Shown here in pieces: positions 11,663-23,800 of a stretch of DNA of 38,986 nt. Source of the stretch: Phoronis australis (Eukaryota > Animalia > Phoronida); NCBI GenBank assembly GCA_002633005.1, contig NMRA01001217.1, positions 1 through 38,986 on the forward strand. Reading direction: 5' to 3'. The position numbers and the translations under genes were made by a program. Under the pieces are notes generated by a model. It was given only the letters and a program-made list of their open reading frames with translations. It was not told the origin of the DNA and searched no databases. Positions within the stretch are counted from its first letter, which is position 1. Every line of letters starts with the position of its first letter.

Positions 11663-11867
11663 TCACTTCCACACCTTGACAACTCCGTCCCTAGAGCTGG
11701 TCACTATAAAGCATTGTTCAGTTTGATACATGTTGATATCAGAGATTATATCGTGGTGCCCCTGGGGTGGGGCATCAGGGCCCCTGCGTGGAATGTCCTC
11801 CTGTCCACTTGGCTTCACCTTACTGTAGGTCTCTTGAATCACCTCAGTGCCATCAATGACCTTTGAC
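11663..11867 (-). CDS. PIK3R4: VPS15 terminal coding exon U
   Basis: cag|[12 protein letters not shown]...[18 protein letters not shown]...[15 protein letters not shown]; 205 nt. Confidence 0.96.
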
Positions 11868-14800
11868 CTGAATGGGCAAAAAAATCATTTACTTCGCAAT
11901 CCAACTTAGATTAGGTAAGATTATCTCCCTATGCCACCACAGGCAGAATTTACAAATCAAAAATATGACATTATCTTTAAGTTTTGGAAATCAAAAGCAA
12001 TGCTAAGCAACTATTTGTACTTTTAATAACTACCCTTTCTCATACATTGTGACTTTGCCGAACTACTTTTGAGTGGACTCACAAAATGTTGATTTCCCAT
12101 GCATGCTGTTTGGCAGTTCTAAGCATGTCGTATTGTGGACGAGACGGTCTCTCTACCAGACAATCTCGTCACCTAGTGACTGAAAAAAGTGACTTGTGGA
12201 AATAGAATTAACATCCAGTCTTTGCATCCATGCCTTACACCAGTACACAAGACGCAGACTGCTCAATGTTGTTCTATTAAGACAGCTATGCGTCATTTGA
12301 AGTTCCAGACTAATTCAATTAAATGACAGCACAACCACAAACTTGTGCAATGTTCAACGTTTTAACATCAAAAGTCAGAGGATTGGCCAAATTAGACATT
12401 GTATGTATTGCAAGGGATGACTGCCTTGGAAACGTTGAGACTTAAATTCCTACATTAAAATTGCTCAGCCCTCACTTGCTCATAGAAGTATTTGAAACAC
12501 TATAACAAGACCAAACTTGTTAATCTCCTTTCAATTAACTAACTGCTGTAAAATATAACATCTGCTCTGTCTGTGTTTGCTCTCAATTGTTAATTACAAT
12601 ATAATTATTACTCATGGAAGATGAAAATGGTAGGATTCCTTGCAAATTACGTATTAAAGCTTTCATGTTGTAAGTACTATTGCAAGCTAGAGCGTGCACT
12701 CAATTGTGGTTGACAAACGTACGTAGGAAAACTGGCCATGCCCACTTCTTTGCAGGGAAAATACATTTTGGATAATGCATGGAAAATAAAAACACGATAT
12801 GATTGTGAACCAATTGCTGTATAGAGTACGCACAAGGCTATACTGCCCGAGCCTCCAGCCACAACACTGGAGTAATCTGTGCGAGGTGAGGATTACCTAT
12901 ATGACGAGACAGTGGTCTGGTTTGCCGGGTCGCTCGCTGCTCCGACGACTATGTAAGAACTCTCAGGAGAGGCCAGGTCCCAGTATCTGATCCTCATATC
13001 AGAGCCTGCCGTGAGCACAAATGGAGAACTGTCCACCAATCCCATGTACAGCCCATTTATGGAATGATTGGACGCCTACAAAGAATGTGAACAAATTACA
13101 AAACACACTTTCAAAAAATTAATGCTCTGCTCAACAGAAAAGTCTCTTGTTGCTAATTGTAGGAAACGACAGATTTCATAGCTTGAGAACCATATATGCA
13201 TTCTTTAAAAAATCTGAGGATTTGAGGTTTTTTCTTTGCATGGTATAACACATCACAACCACTTCCTTGCAAAGAACAAAACAGACTTCTTAAACTGATC
13301 TCACATTTATATTTTGGCCCGTTTCACGGCACCTAGCACTTCGTCCATAGATGAGTACAAGAACTTCAAGTGAGATCATAAATTCTCGATACCGCAAACA
13401 CCGTGTAATCTAAGTAGCTCCTTTTGAGCGCAACAGAGCAATTACTACATTAGTCATGACTTCACAAGAACAAACGACTGGCTGAAATAAATTGCTGCAA
13501 TAGCCAAAGTTGTCATGTTTTTCAGACAACTTTATTGTCAAAAAATTTCACTGCGTGTTTGTTGGTGACAGTCGTGCAGTATAGTTTTCAAATAATCAAG
13601 CAAAACAGTCTTCCTGTTAACTCTTATCAAAAAAGTTGCTAAAATAAAATTTTAGTTTTCCACCATGTGTTCTAATTTGAAGAAACTTTTATTACCATTA
13701 TTGGACTTGACTTTTGACAAGTATTTTCAATCCAGACACACCCACCCTAGGCATTTCCATTGAGTTTTATTAACTCTTTGAAGCTTGGTAGCTAACTAGT
13801 GCGGAATTCGAGATGCGAGAGAAAACTATGAACTATGATATCTTCATTTGGAAAATGTCATCATCTTGTGTTGACACTTAAATCAAAATATTTTTGTAAT
13901 GACCCATTCCATCATGATACTTTGTCATCAATTCATCTTCAGTGTTACGAATTAGAAAACAATTTCAAAGACTTTTTTATCAGATGTGTTTGGGGGCTGT
14001 TTCTCGAAAAATCTTGACTAAACATCTGTGTATGAATAGCTTAGCAAGTTTCACAAAATCAGGCAAGGGCTAAAAATCAGAAAATCTGTCTACAACTCAA
14101 AGCAAACTAAAATAAAAAGCCAAAAGACAAAAAATCAACTTTCTGTTACAGATTCTTCGAAAAACAGACCATTGGTATACTCAACTCCCAGGCAGCTGGT
14201 TAGTAGAGACGACTTGAGAACAGAACATCCACGAGGTGCGCTCGCCCTGAAATGTAACTGCAGAATCCAAAATGGCGTCTGAAAAACAGTTTACTCACCT
14301 CCTTAGTGGAAAATACGGGCGCACAACTGGCCCAAAGGGTCTTCTCTCTGTGTGATGTCTCTATGTCCCACATCGACACCTCATTGTTTCCTTGTAACGA
14401 GGAGACAAACCATGAACTCTTCTCTGGATGTACAAGCAGTCGCCTCACACGAGCATCTGTCAATGAAAGTATCACACAAAGTTAATACAACACCTTACGA
14501 AGGACCTTATGGACAACTTTGTGTCTTTAGCCAAACACCGCCTGTAGAAGTATAAATTTTCTTACAGTAGAAAGACTACAGAATATGATTTTTCACTTTT
14601 ATCAAGCTGCCAAGTTGGGTAATGTGATCTTGACTTTTTAGTAAATTTTATAAAAAAAGTGTTCATTGATACAAAAACAATGGTATTAAAACAGGATCAA
14701 ATTTCCTTTAATATAAATGTTCAAGATGAAAAATCAAAAACAGCGTTACAGTTCTCTGAATTATGATTTCATTTGATTTTGTGCATTCTTTTGAGTTTTT

Positions 14801-17800
14801 CAAGATAATCATAAAATCACATACTTTGACAGCACTCCCGGTAACGTGGAACATTTTAAAAACAATTCCTAACTGTACACTGCTAAAGCGTAGTACCTGA
14901 AAGTTTCATATAAATGCAATCTTTCCTTTCTGAGATACATTTTGAAGTTGGCTAAATTTGGATATATTTTTAAAGTCCTCCATAACCTTAAACAATTCAG
15001 ACAGAATATGGATTCATAAACCCATCAGTAGCAAATATTACAGAGTCAAGAGTATTCATGTGCTACCTCCAAGATATTTCAAAACCTGGATTATAATCTT
15101 CTGATATTTGCAAAATCAAAATAAAACTAGCTAAAAATACGCTGTGTCCCAGCATAATAATAATAATGAATCTGACATGTACAATTACAACACTCTTGCC
15201 TCAATTTAAAACTTACTCGTCGAATGATTAAAGACTCTGATTGGAAGCTGAAACCTCATGTCCCAGCATACAAACATCCCGCTGCTTGTTCCAACGCACA
15301 GCCATGACTGGTTGTGATGAACATCAAAAGAAGTGATGAGACCTGGGAAATGAAAAATGATTAAAGTAGCCAGCACGCAGTTAAGTACATATCAAATTTT
15401 GTTCACTTAAATGGTACACATTCATTATTTACCCAGAAGAACTTTTCATCAGTAACTGACTGCAAGAACATTAAGGATATAGGCTAATCTTCATGACATT
15501 TTGCACCCTGTCAACAGACTTGTACAAGAACTTCTGTCGCCAAGAGGCCTGTTTATAAGGAAAGCTTAGGTACTACGGTGTGGAGCAATTATTGCATTAG
15601 CAATTTAACTCCATTGCAATAAAACTCTCTAGGTTAAATAACTTGACACTGTATCATGGCCTAAAACTGGTGAAGTTTCAAACTGTTTGGTTTTTGAAGT
15701 AGAATAAGCCATAAAAAGTTAAAATTACGGCCATGTACAGTTTCAACTTCAGGCGAAAACATTTCCTAAGATCAGATAACCTATTCTATTGTGAAGCATT
15801 CCTGCAATCTTTTGCTAGAATTCACAAGTGTCATAAACCAATTTATATGTACGTTTACATCCTTGGTTAACAGAGCAGAAATGATGACATTGTATACACT
15901 AATATTATTTTGTAGTATTTCTTTGAAAATAATTTTTCATGGCAAACAGTTGGAAAAGTAACCGGTTTTAGTTCACAATAGTTTAATTTATTTCAGCCAG
16001 CATTAGACTGCAATGACCTCATCGCTAAAGTGGTAATTGCCCTGACATCCACACAAAAGAAGCCACACCACTGTTCCTGACATCGAAGGATTATGTCTAC
16101 GGTGATTTGTGTACAAATCTATTACCGAAGTACACACAGTCACGGTACGGACCAAGTTTCTAATGGTTAAAATCATTTTTACCCAAATGCAACAAAAAGT
16201 GGCCAGAATAGTTTTGGTTCTTGATGAAAGTAGTACATTTGGTTAAAGTTACTCTTTGAACCAACTGGCCTGTGTCAGTCATGATGCCAGACAAAAGACT
16301 GCAGGATTGCTTAACAATGAACGACATTTGATATCTGGATTAAGCCTCTACAGTTGAAACCAAATAGATGATTTTATAATCATGGTGTACATTAGACAAT
16401 AATCATCAGATTGCTTGCAAAATTCGTTGCACATTATTTTTACACCACTCTTTTCATCCAAACTTATTGTAAGCAGAGCATGTTTATGAGACTTGATACA
16501 GTTAGACTGGCTACCTGTCAAAAACATCAATCAAGAGTGCAAAAAATTTCAAACGGAAGCTGAAATCACAATTAACCTTCAAAACATGTCACCAAGAATC
16601 ATACCATGCCTAGGGTCGTTCTTGAGGGTCCAGACATCCTTGGAGGACCGAAGATCCCAGCCTATTATCTCGCCATTGCCTGTGGCGTATGTAACCACCG
16701 ACTGAGCACCCGTGTCAAAATAGGTCATGTCCACGATGTGACCATGATTAGCTACGTCAATGTTGTTGTCATGTGACAGCTTTAACTGCTTGCTATTGGT
16801 CGTCGTATCTTCATCAATCCTGACCACGTGGATTGTCCCATTGTCTGATGCTGAGGCAAACGACTGCGATCCTTCACAGAAGGTCAGCGTTTTGATCTGG
16901 CCACCTGTCAATCAATACGCCATTAAAACATTTCATAACTACAAAATGTTCGGTGCAAAAGTAGATAAATAAATAAGATGTCTATGAACAGTTATAAGAA
17001 ATTTAAATTCAATTCTTTACAAAAATTAAACTATTAGATAAGTACCTTGTTTGTTGTATGTGAACTTTGACCTATTTGTAATGCTCTTTCCATCCATCCT
17101 TTGCCCCTCCCACAATTTCACATTGCCATCACTTGAACACGTGGCGAAATATGTGTGATCATGACTGACAACAATTCTGAAAGAACGAAAATCTGTTCTT
17201 AGATCTTAAGTTCTTAGTTATTAAAGAATAGTGGGGCACTCGAAATTTCCTCGAATATTATTTATTAAATACATGTGAAAACCACGAAGCAAAATTTTCT
17301 CATCGTTGACTTTTGCCGATACATTGGACAATTGCAAGTTTCTGCAGGTTTATGGCAAAAAAACTAAAAAATTACCACTGCATTATCAGGTTGAGAATTT
17401 ACTGTTTCAGGACCAGAAGCAGAGTAACAGCTGGTAGTAATTATTTGAAAACAGGATCTTCCTCAGTATGTTGTTGCCATAATGAGATTACAAGCAATCG
17501 AGAGCTCCCGTTGGAAGTTTCTGCGGGTTTATGCAAAAAAAAAATAAAAAATTACTACTGCGTTATCAGGTTGAGAATTTACTGTTTCAGGACCAGAAGT
17601 AGAGTAACAGCTGTAGCAATTATTTGAAAACAGGATCTTGCTCAGTATGTTGTTGCCGTAATGAGATTACAAGCAATCGAGAGCTCCACCTGTTGATGGC
17701 GGCACGGTGCTCATGTAAGTGTGCCACCAGCAGTCCCTTGGGCCTCCAGCTGAGCGGGGGAGGTTTGTCATCAAAGATGGCCGCCTCCATCAAGTCTTTG

Positions 17801-20800
17801 GTGACGCAGTCCTTGGCGTACTGATCTCTCTTGCTGTGCACGAGTTGGCGCAGCTCCAACTTACACAGAGAGCATTTGTCTGCAGGAGGGACACACTGGG
17901 GTTATATTCATATTTACAATCATCACGTATGGTTCAATGCACTGCACACTCTGGTAGTTCAAGTGCTGAATAAGCGGTAAACACCTAAAATGCCCACTAC
18001 CTGATTCACCTACACAAAGATACTATGTACCTGTCTTGTAAAATCTAATAAATGACTAGCATGCTGGAAACCATGGGCCCGTTCCAAGAAAACTGACTAA
18101 GTTGAGACAAATCATAAACTTATAAATCAATTTTAAGATAAAACTTAATAAGTTGTAAAAAGTCTATTCCAAGGATGTGATCTGAAGTTTGATTTAGGCC
18201 TTTGGCTTAATTTATGCCTCAAGTTTGACTTACTTACTGGATGTGGATGAGTTTGGGCCCACATTCCAGGATTTCTCAAACACACCATAATAAAGTGTGA
18301 AATAACAATTGCCCAGACTACCTACATTCAATTGACTTCGGTGGAGGCGAAGCCACGTTGACCTTTCCAGAAGGCGTGCCCTCAACTGCACTCTTGACCT
18401 GTGACATGCTCACAGCCATCGTATCAACACTGTTGTGACGCTGGACAGTGGTCACTGAGGGTACATTAGGAACGGACATTTGTCTGGGCAGTGTGGCCCG
18501 CGACTGACCACTGGAGTCAGTCTTGGGTTTAGGAGAGAGGGGTGCGCTGGCAGTCTGAGAGGTTTTTGATCCATCCGATGTGCCAAACATATGACGCCAC
18601 TCCTCATTCTGAAAACAAACTTAGATAAATGGAGTTACTGACGGAACATAATAAAAGCTGACATTTAAGTGGAACTTCAGTGCAAAACACTCGTACAACA
18701 TGATGTGATGTGAATAAAAAGTAGTGTGAAAGTTGCTTAGAAAAAATTTTGTAGCGAGAACAAACCACTATGGATCACTAATCCATGACCAGCACAAATA
18801 GAAATTATATAATCTTCAATAATAATAATAATTATATAATCTTCAAAGTCTTTAAGACACAGTATTCCTCAAACATTTTAACATTAACACATCGAGTTAA
18901 CTGAAGCAAGTCGTAAACTTTATAAAAAGCTCAGGTGCTGAATTTCAAGATTGGAAACATATGTGGTAGAAGCCAACCAAAAATAACTGGGACAAGACTT
19001 TCATTTCCCAGTCATGATTGGTACGACCCGTTCTTGGGTACAACTGGCCCAGAGGAGACACCACATCAACAGTACAGTCACTTTATAGCCCGCAGCTCAC
19101 CATGGCCATCTCCTGAGTCTGGCTCTTCTTTTTCGTCACCTTTTTCTGATCCACTTCCTGTTTCTTATGCTCCTCTTTATAGAGGTCAGCGTGTCGCCGG
19201 GTCAAAGGTCGTTTGAGATGCAAGATGTTCACAGCNNNNNNNNNNNNNNNNNNNNNNNNNNNNNNNNNNNNNNNNNNNNNNNNNNNNNNNNNNNNNNNNN
19301 NNNNNNNNNNNNNNNNNNNNNNNNNNNNNNNNNNNNNNNNNNNNNNNNNNNNNNNNNNNNNNNNNNNNNNNNNNNNNNNNNNNNNNNNNNNNNNNNNNNN
19401 NNNNNNNNNNNNNNNNNNNNNNNNNNNNNNNNNNNNNNNNNNNNNNNNNNNNNNNNNNNNNNNNNNNNNNNNNNNNNNNNNNNNNNNNNNNNNNNNNNNN
19501 NNNNNNNNNNNNNNNTGATACTTTTTCGATTTTTACTGAGTAGAATGTACTAGCTACCTTTCCGATGATAGCAAAGTACTTTTTCAAAACGAGGAAAAAA
19601 ATAAAACCGAAAGAAAATTGGTTCGACCCATATTGGTTTCTAGGTTCGACCGGCCTACGTAAGGAACTAAACACCAATGTTATTTTAACATACTAAGTAC
19701 GCGTAACATTCCAAAAAAATCAACAACCACTAACTACAAACTATAAAGACACTACATATGCAAACGAATCACGATATATTACTAATAAAACAAAATAATG
19801 AAGACTTTTCGAGCAAGCCATTGCACATTCAGTTACAAGGAAAAAATGGCGGCATTCAGGACAAGTTCTTGAACTGATGAGCCGGAAATGTAGCGGAAAT
19901 CACCGATGACAACCGGTAATCATACGCTAAGAGAGAAGGGTCAAATACTGTTAAAAAATCGCTTTCGGCAAGAAAGGCGAAAAGAATATAAAGAAAGGGT
20001 GTCGAAAATAAGAATTTATGTAGTAAGTATTTTCGGATACTGGAACCACATGGGCAGTTTGAGAGAAGGACTTTAAGGATATAGGCTATTGGCCGCTTCA
20101 TGACATTTTGCACTCTGTCAACAGACGTGTACAAGAACTTCTGTCGTCAAGAGGCCTGTTTATAAGAAAATCTTATCTAGGGTACTACAGTGTGGAGCAA
20201 TTATTGCATTGGCAATAACTCCATTGCAATAAAACTCTCTAGGTTAAATAACTTGACACTGTATCATGGCCTAAAACTGGTGAAGTTTCACACTGTTTGG
20301 TTTTTGAAGTTGAAAAAGCCATAAAAAGTTAAAATTATGGCCATGTACAGTTTCAACTTCAGGTGAAAACATTTCCGAAGATCAGATAACCTATTCTACT
20401 GTGAAGCATTCCTGCAATCTTTTGCTAGAATTCACAAGTGTCATAAACCAATTTATATGTACGTTTACATCCTTGGTTAACAGAGCAGAAATGATGACAT
20501 TGTATAAACTAATATTATTTTGTAGTATTTCTTTGAAAATAATTTTTCATGGCAAACAGTTGGAAAAGTAACCGGTTTTAGTTCACAATAGCTTAATTTA
20601 TTTCAGCCAGCATTAGACTGCAATGACCTCATTGCTAAAGTGGTAATTGCCCTGACATCCACACAAAAGAAGCCACACAACTGTTCCTGACATCGAAGGA
20701 TTATGTCTACCGTGATTTGTGTACAAATCTATTACCGAAGTACACACAGTCGCGGTATGGACCAAGTTTCTAATGGTTAAAATCATTTTTACCCAAATGC

Positions 20801-23800
20801 AACAAAAAGTGGCCAAAATAGTTTTGGTTCTTGATGAAGGTAGTACATTTGGTTTAAGTTAGTCTTTGAACCAACTGACCTGTGTGAGTCATGATGCCAG
20901 ACAAAAGACCGCAGGATCACTTAACAATGAACGACATTTGATATCTGGATTAAGCCTCTACAGTTGAAACCAAATAGATGATTTTATAATCATGGTGTAC
21001 ATTAGACAATAATCATCAGATTGCTTGCAAAATTCGTTGCACATTATTTTTACACCACTCTTTTTATCCAAACTTATTGTAATCAGAGCAATGATACTTG
21101 ATAGAGTTAGACTGGCTACCTGTCAAAAACGTCAATCTAGAGTGCGAAAAAGTTTCAAACGGAAGCTGAAATCGCAATTAACCTTCAAAAGATGTCACCA
21201 AGAATCATACCGTGCCTAGGGTCGTTCTTGAGGGTCCAGACATCCTTGGAGGATCGAAGATCCCAGCCTATTATCTCGCCATTGCCTGTGGCATATGTAA
21301 CCACCGACTGGGCACCCGTGTCAAAATAGGTCATGTCCACGATGTGACCATGATTAGCTACGTCAATGTTGTTGTCATGTGACAGCTTCAACTGCTTGCT
21401 ATTGGTCGTCGTATCTTCATCAATCCTGACCACATGGATTGTCCCATTGTCTGATGCTGAGGCAAACGACTGCGATCCTTCACAGAAGGTCAGCGTTTTG
21501 ATCTGGCCACCTGTCAATAAATACGCCATTACAACATTTCATAACTAAGAACTCTCAATAAACAATGCACAAGGGATACTACAAAATGTTCGGTGCAAAT
21601 TAAAGTAGATAAATAAATAAGATGTCTATGAACAGTTATAAGAAATTTAAATTCAATGCTTTACAAAAATTAAACTATTAGATATTAAGTACCTTGTTTG
21701 TTGTATGTGAACTTTGACCTATTTGTAATGCTCTTTCCATCCATCCTTTGCCCCTCCCACAATTTCACGTTGCCATCACTTGAGCACGTGGCGAAATAAG
21801 TGTGATCATGACTGACAACAATTCTGAAAGAACGAAATTCTGTTCTTAGATCTTAAGTTCTTAGTTATTAAAGAATAGTGGGGCACTTGAAATTTCCTCG
21901 AATATTATTCATTAAATACATGTGAAAACCAGGAAGCAAAATTTTCTCATAGTTGAGTTTTGCCGATACATTGGACAATTGCGAGTTTCTGCGGGTTTAT
22001 GGCAAAAAACACTAAAAAATTACTACCGCGTTATCAGGTTGAGAATTTACTGTTTCAGGACCAGAAGTAGAGTAACAGCTTGTAGTAATTATTTGAAAAC
22101 AGGATCTTCGTCAGTATGCTGTTGCCGTACTGAGATTACAAGCAATCGAGAGCTCTACTTGCAAGTTTCTGCGGGTTTATGCCAAAAAAAACCTAAAAAA
22201 TTACTACCGCGTTATAAGGTTGAGAATTTACTGTTTCAAGACCAGAAGTAGAGTAACAGCTATAGTAATTATTTGAAAACAGGATCTTCCTAAGTATGTT
22301 GTTGCCGTAATAAGATTACAAGCAATCGAGAGCTCCACCTGTTGATGGCGGCACGGTGCTCATGTAAGTGTGCCACCAGCAGTCCCTTGGGCCTCCAGCT
22401 GAGCGGGGGAGGTTTGTCATCAAAGATGGCCGCCTCCATCAAGTCTTTGGTGACGCAGTCCTTGGCGTACTGATCTCTCTTGCTGTGCACGAGTTGGCGC
22501 AGCTCCAGCTTACACAGAGAGCATTTGTCTGCAGGAGGGACACACTGGGGTTATATTCATAATTACAATCACCATGTATGGTTCAATGCACTGCACACAC
22601 TGGTAGTTCAAAGTGATGAATAAGCGGTAAACACCTAAAATGCCCACTACCTAATTCACCTACACAAAGATAGTATGTACCTGTCTTGTAAAATCTAATA
22701 AATGACTAGCATGCTGGAAACCATGGGCCCGTTCCAAGAAAACTGACTAAGTTGAGACAAATCATAAACTTATAAATCAATTTGAAGATAAAACTTTAAT
22801 AATAAGTTGTAAAAAGTCTATTCCAAGGATGTGATCTCAAGTTTGATTTAGGCCTTTGGCTTAATTTATGCCTCAAGTTTGACTTACTTACTGGATGTGG
22901 ATGAGTTTGGGCCCACATTCCAGGATTTCTCAAACACACCATAATAAAGTGTGAAATAACAAATGCCCAGACTACCTACATTCAATTGACTTCGGTGGAG
23001 GCGATGCCACGTTGACCTTTCCAGAATGCGTGCCCTCAACTGCACTCTTGACCTGTGACATGCTCACAGCCATCGTATCAACACTGTTGTGACGCTGGAC
23101 AGTGGCCACTGAGGGTACGTTAGGAACGGACATTTGTCTGGGCAGTGTGGCCCGCGACTGACCATTGGAGTCAGTCTTGGGTTTAGGAGAGAGGGGTGCC
23201 GTGGTAGTCTGAGAGCTTTTTGATCCATCCGATGTGCCAAACATATGACGCCACTCCTCATTCTGAAAACAAACTTCGATAAATGGAGTTACTGACGTGA
23301 CATAATAAAAGCCGACATTTAAGTGGAACTTCAGTGCAAAACACTCGTACAATGATAATGTGATGTGAATAAAAAGTAGTGTGAAAGTTGCTTAGAAAAA
23401 ATTTTGTAGCGAAAACAAACCACTGTGGATCACTGAAATTATATAATAATAATAATATAATCTTCAAATTCTTTATGACACAGTATTCCTCAAACATTTT
23501 AACATTAACACATTGAGTTAACTGAAGCAAGCGTAAACTTTATACAAAGCTCAGGTGGTGAATTTCAAGATTGAAAACGTGTGGTAGAAGCCAAACCATA
23601 AATAACTGGGACAAAACTTTCATTTCCCAGTCATGATTGGTACGACCCGTTCTTGGGTACAACTGGCCCACAGGAGACACCACATCAACAGTACAGTCAC
23701 TTTAAAGCCCGCAGCTCACCATGGCCATCTCCTGAGTCTGGCTCTTCTTTTTCGTCACCTTTTTCTGATCCACTTCCTGTTTCTTATGCTCCTCTTTATA

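Noticed and set aside
19167-19677. ORFs of 101-163 aa
   Set aside because: They span the N gap 19236-19515; only the exon M fragment is real.
17313-22335. Repeated units and repeated peptides suggesting a CRISPR-like array or repeat protein
   Set aside because: Two-copy intronic tandem repeats with no spacers, no cas genes and a eukaryotic context.
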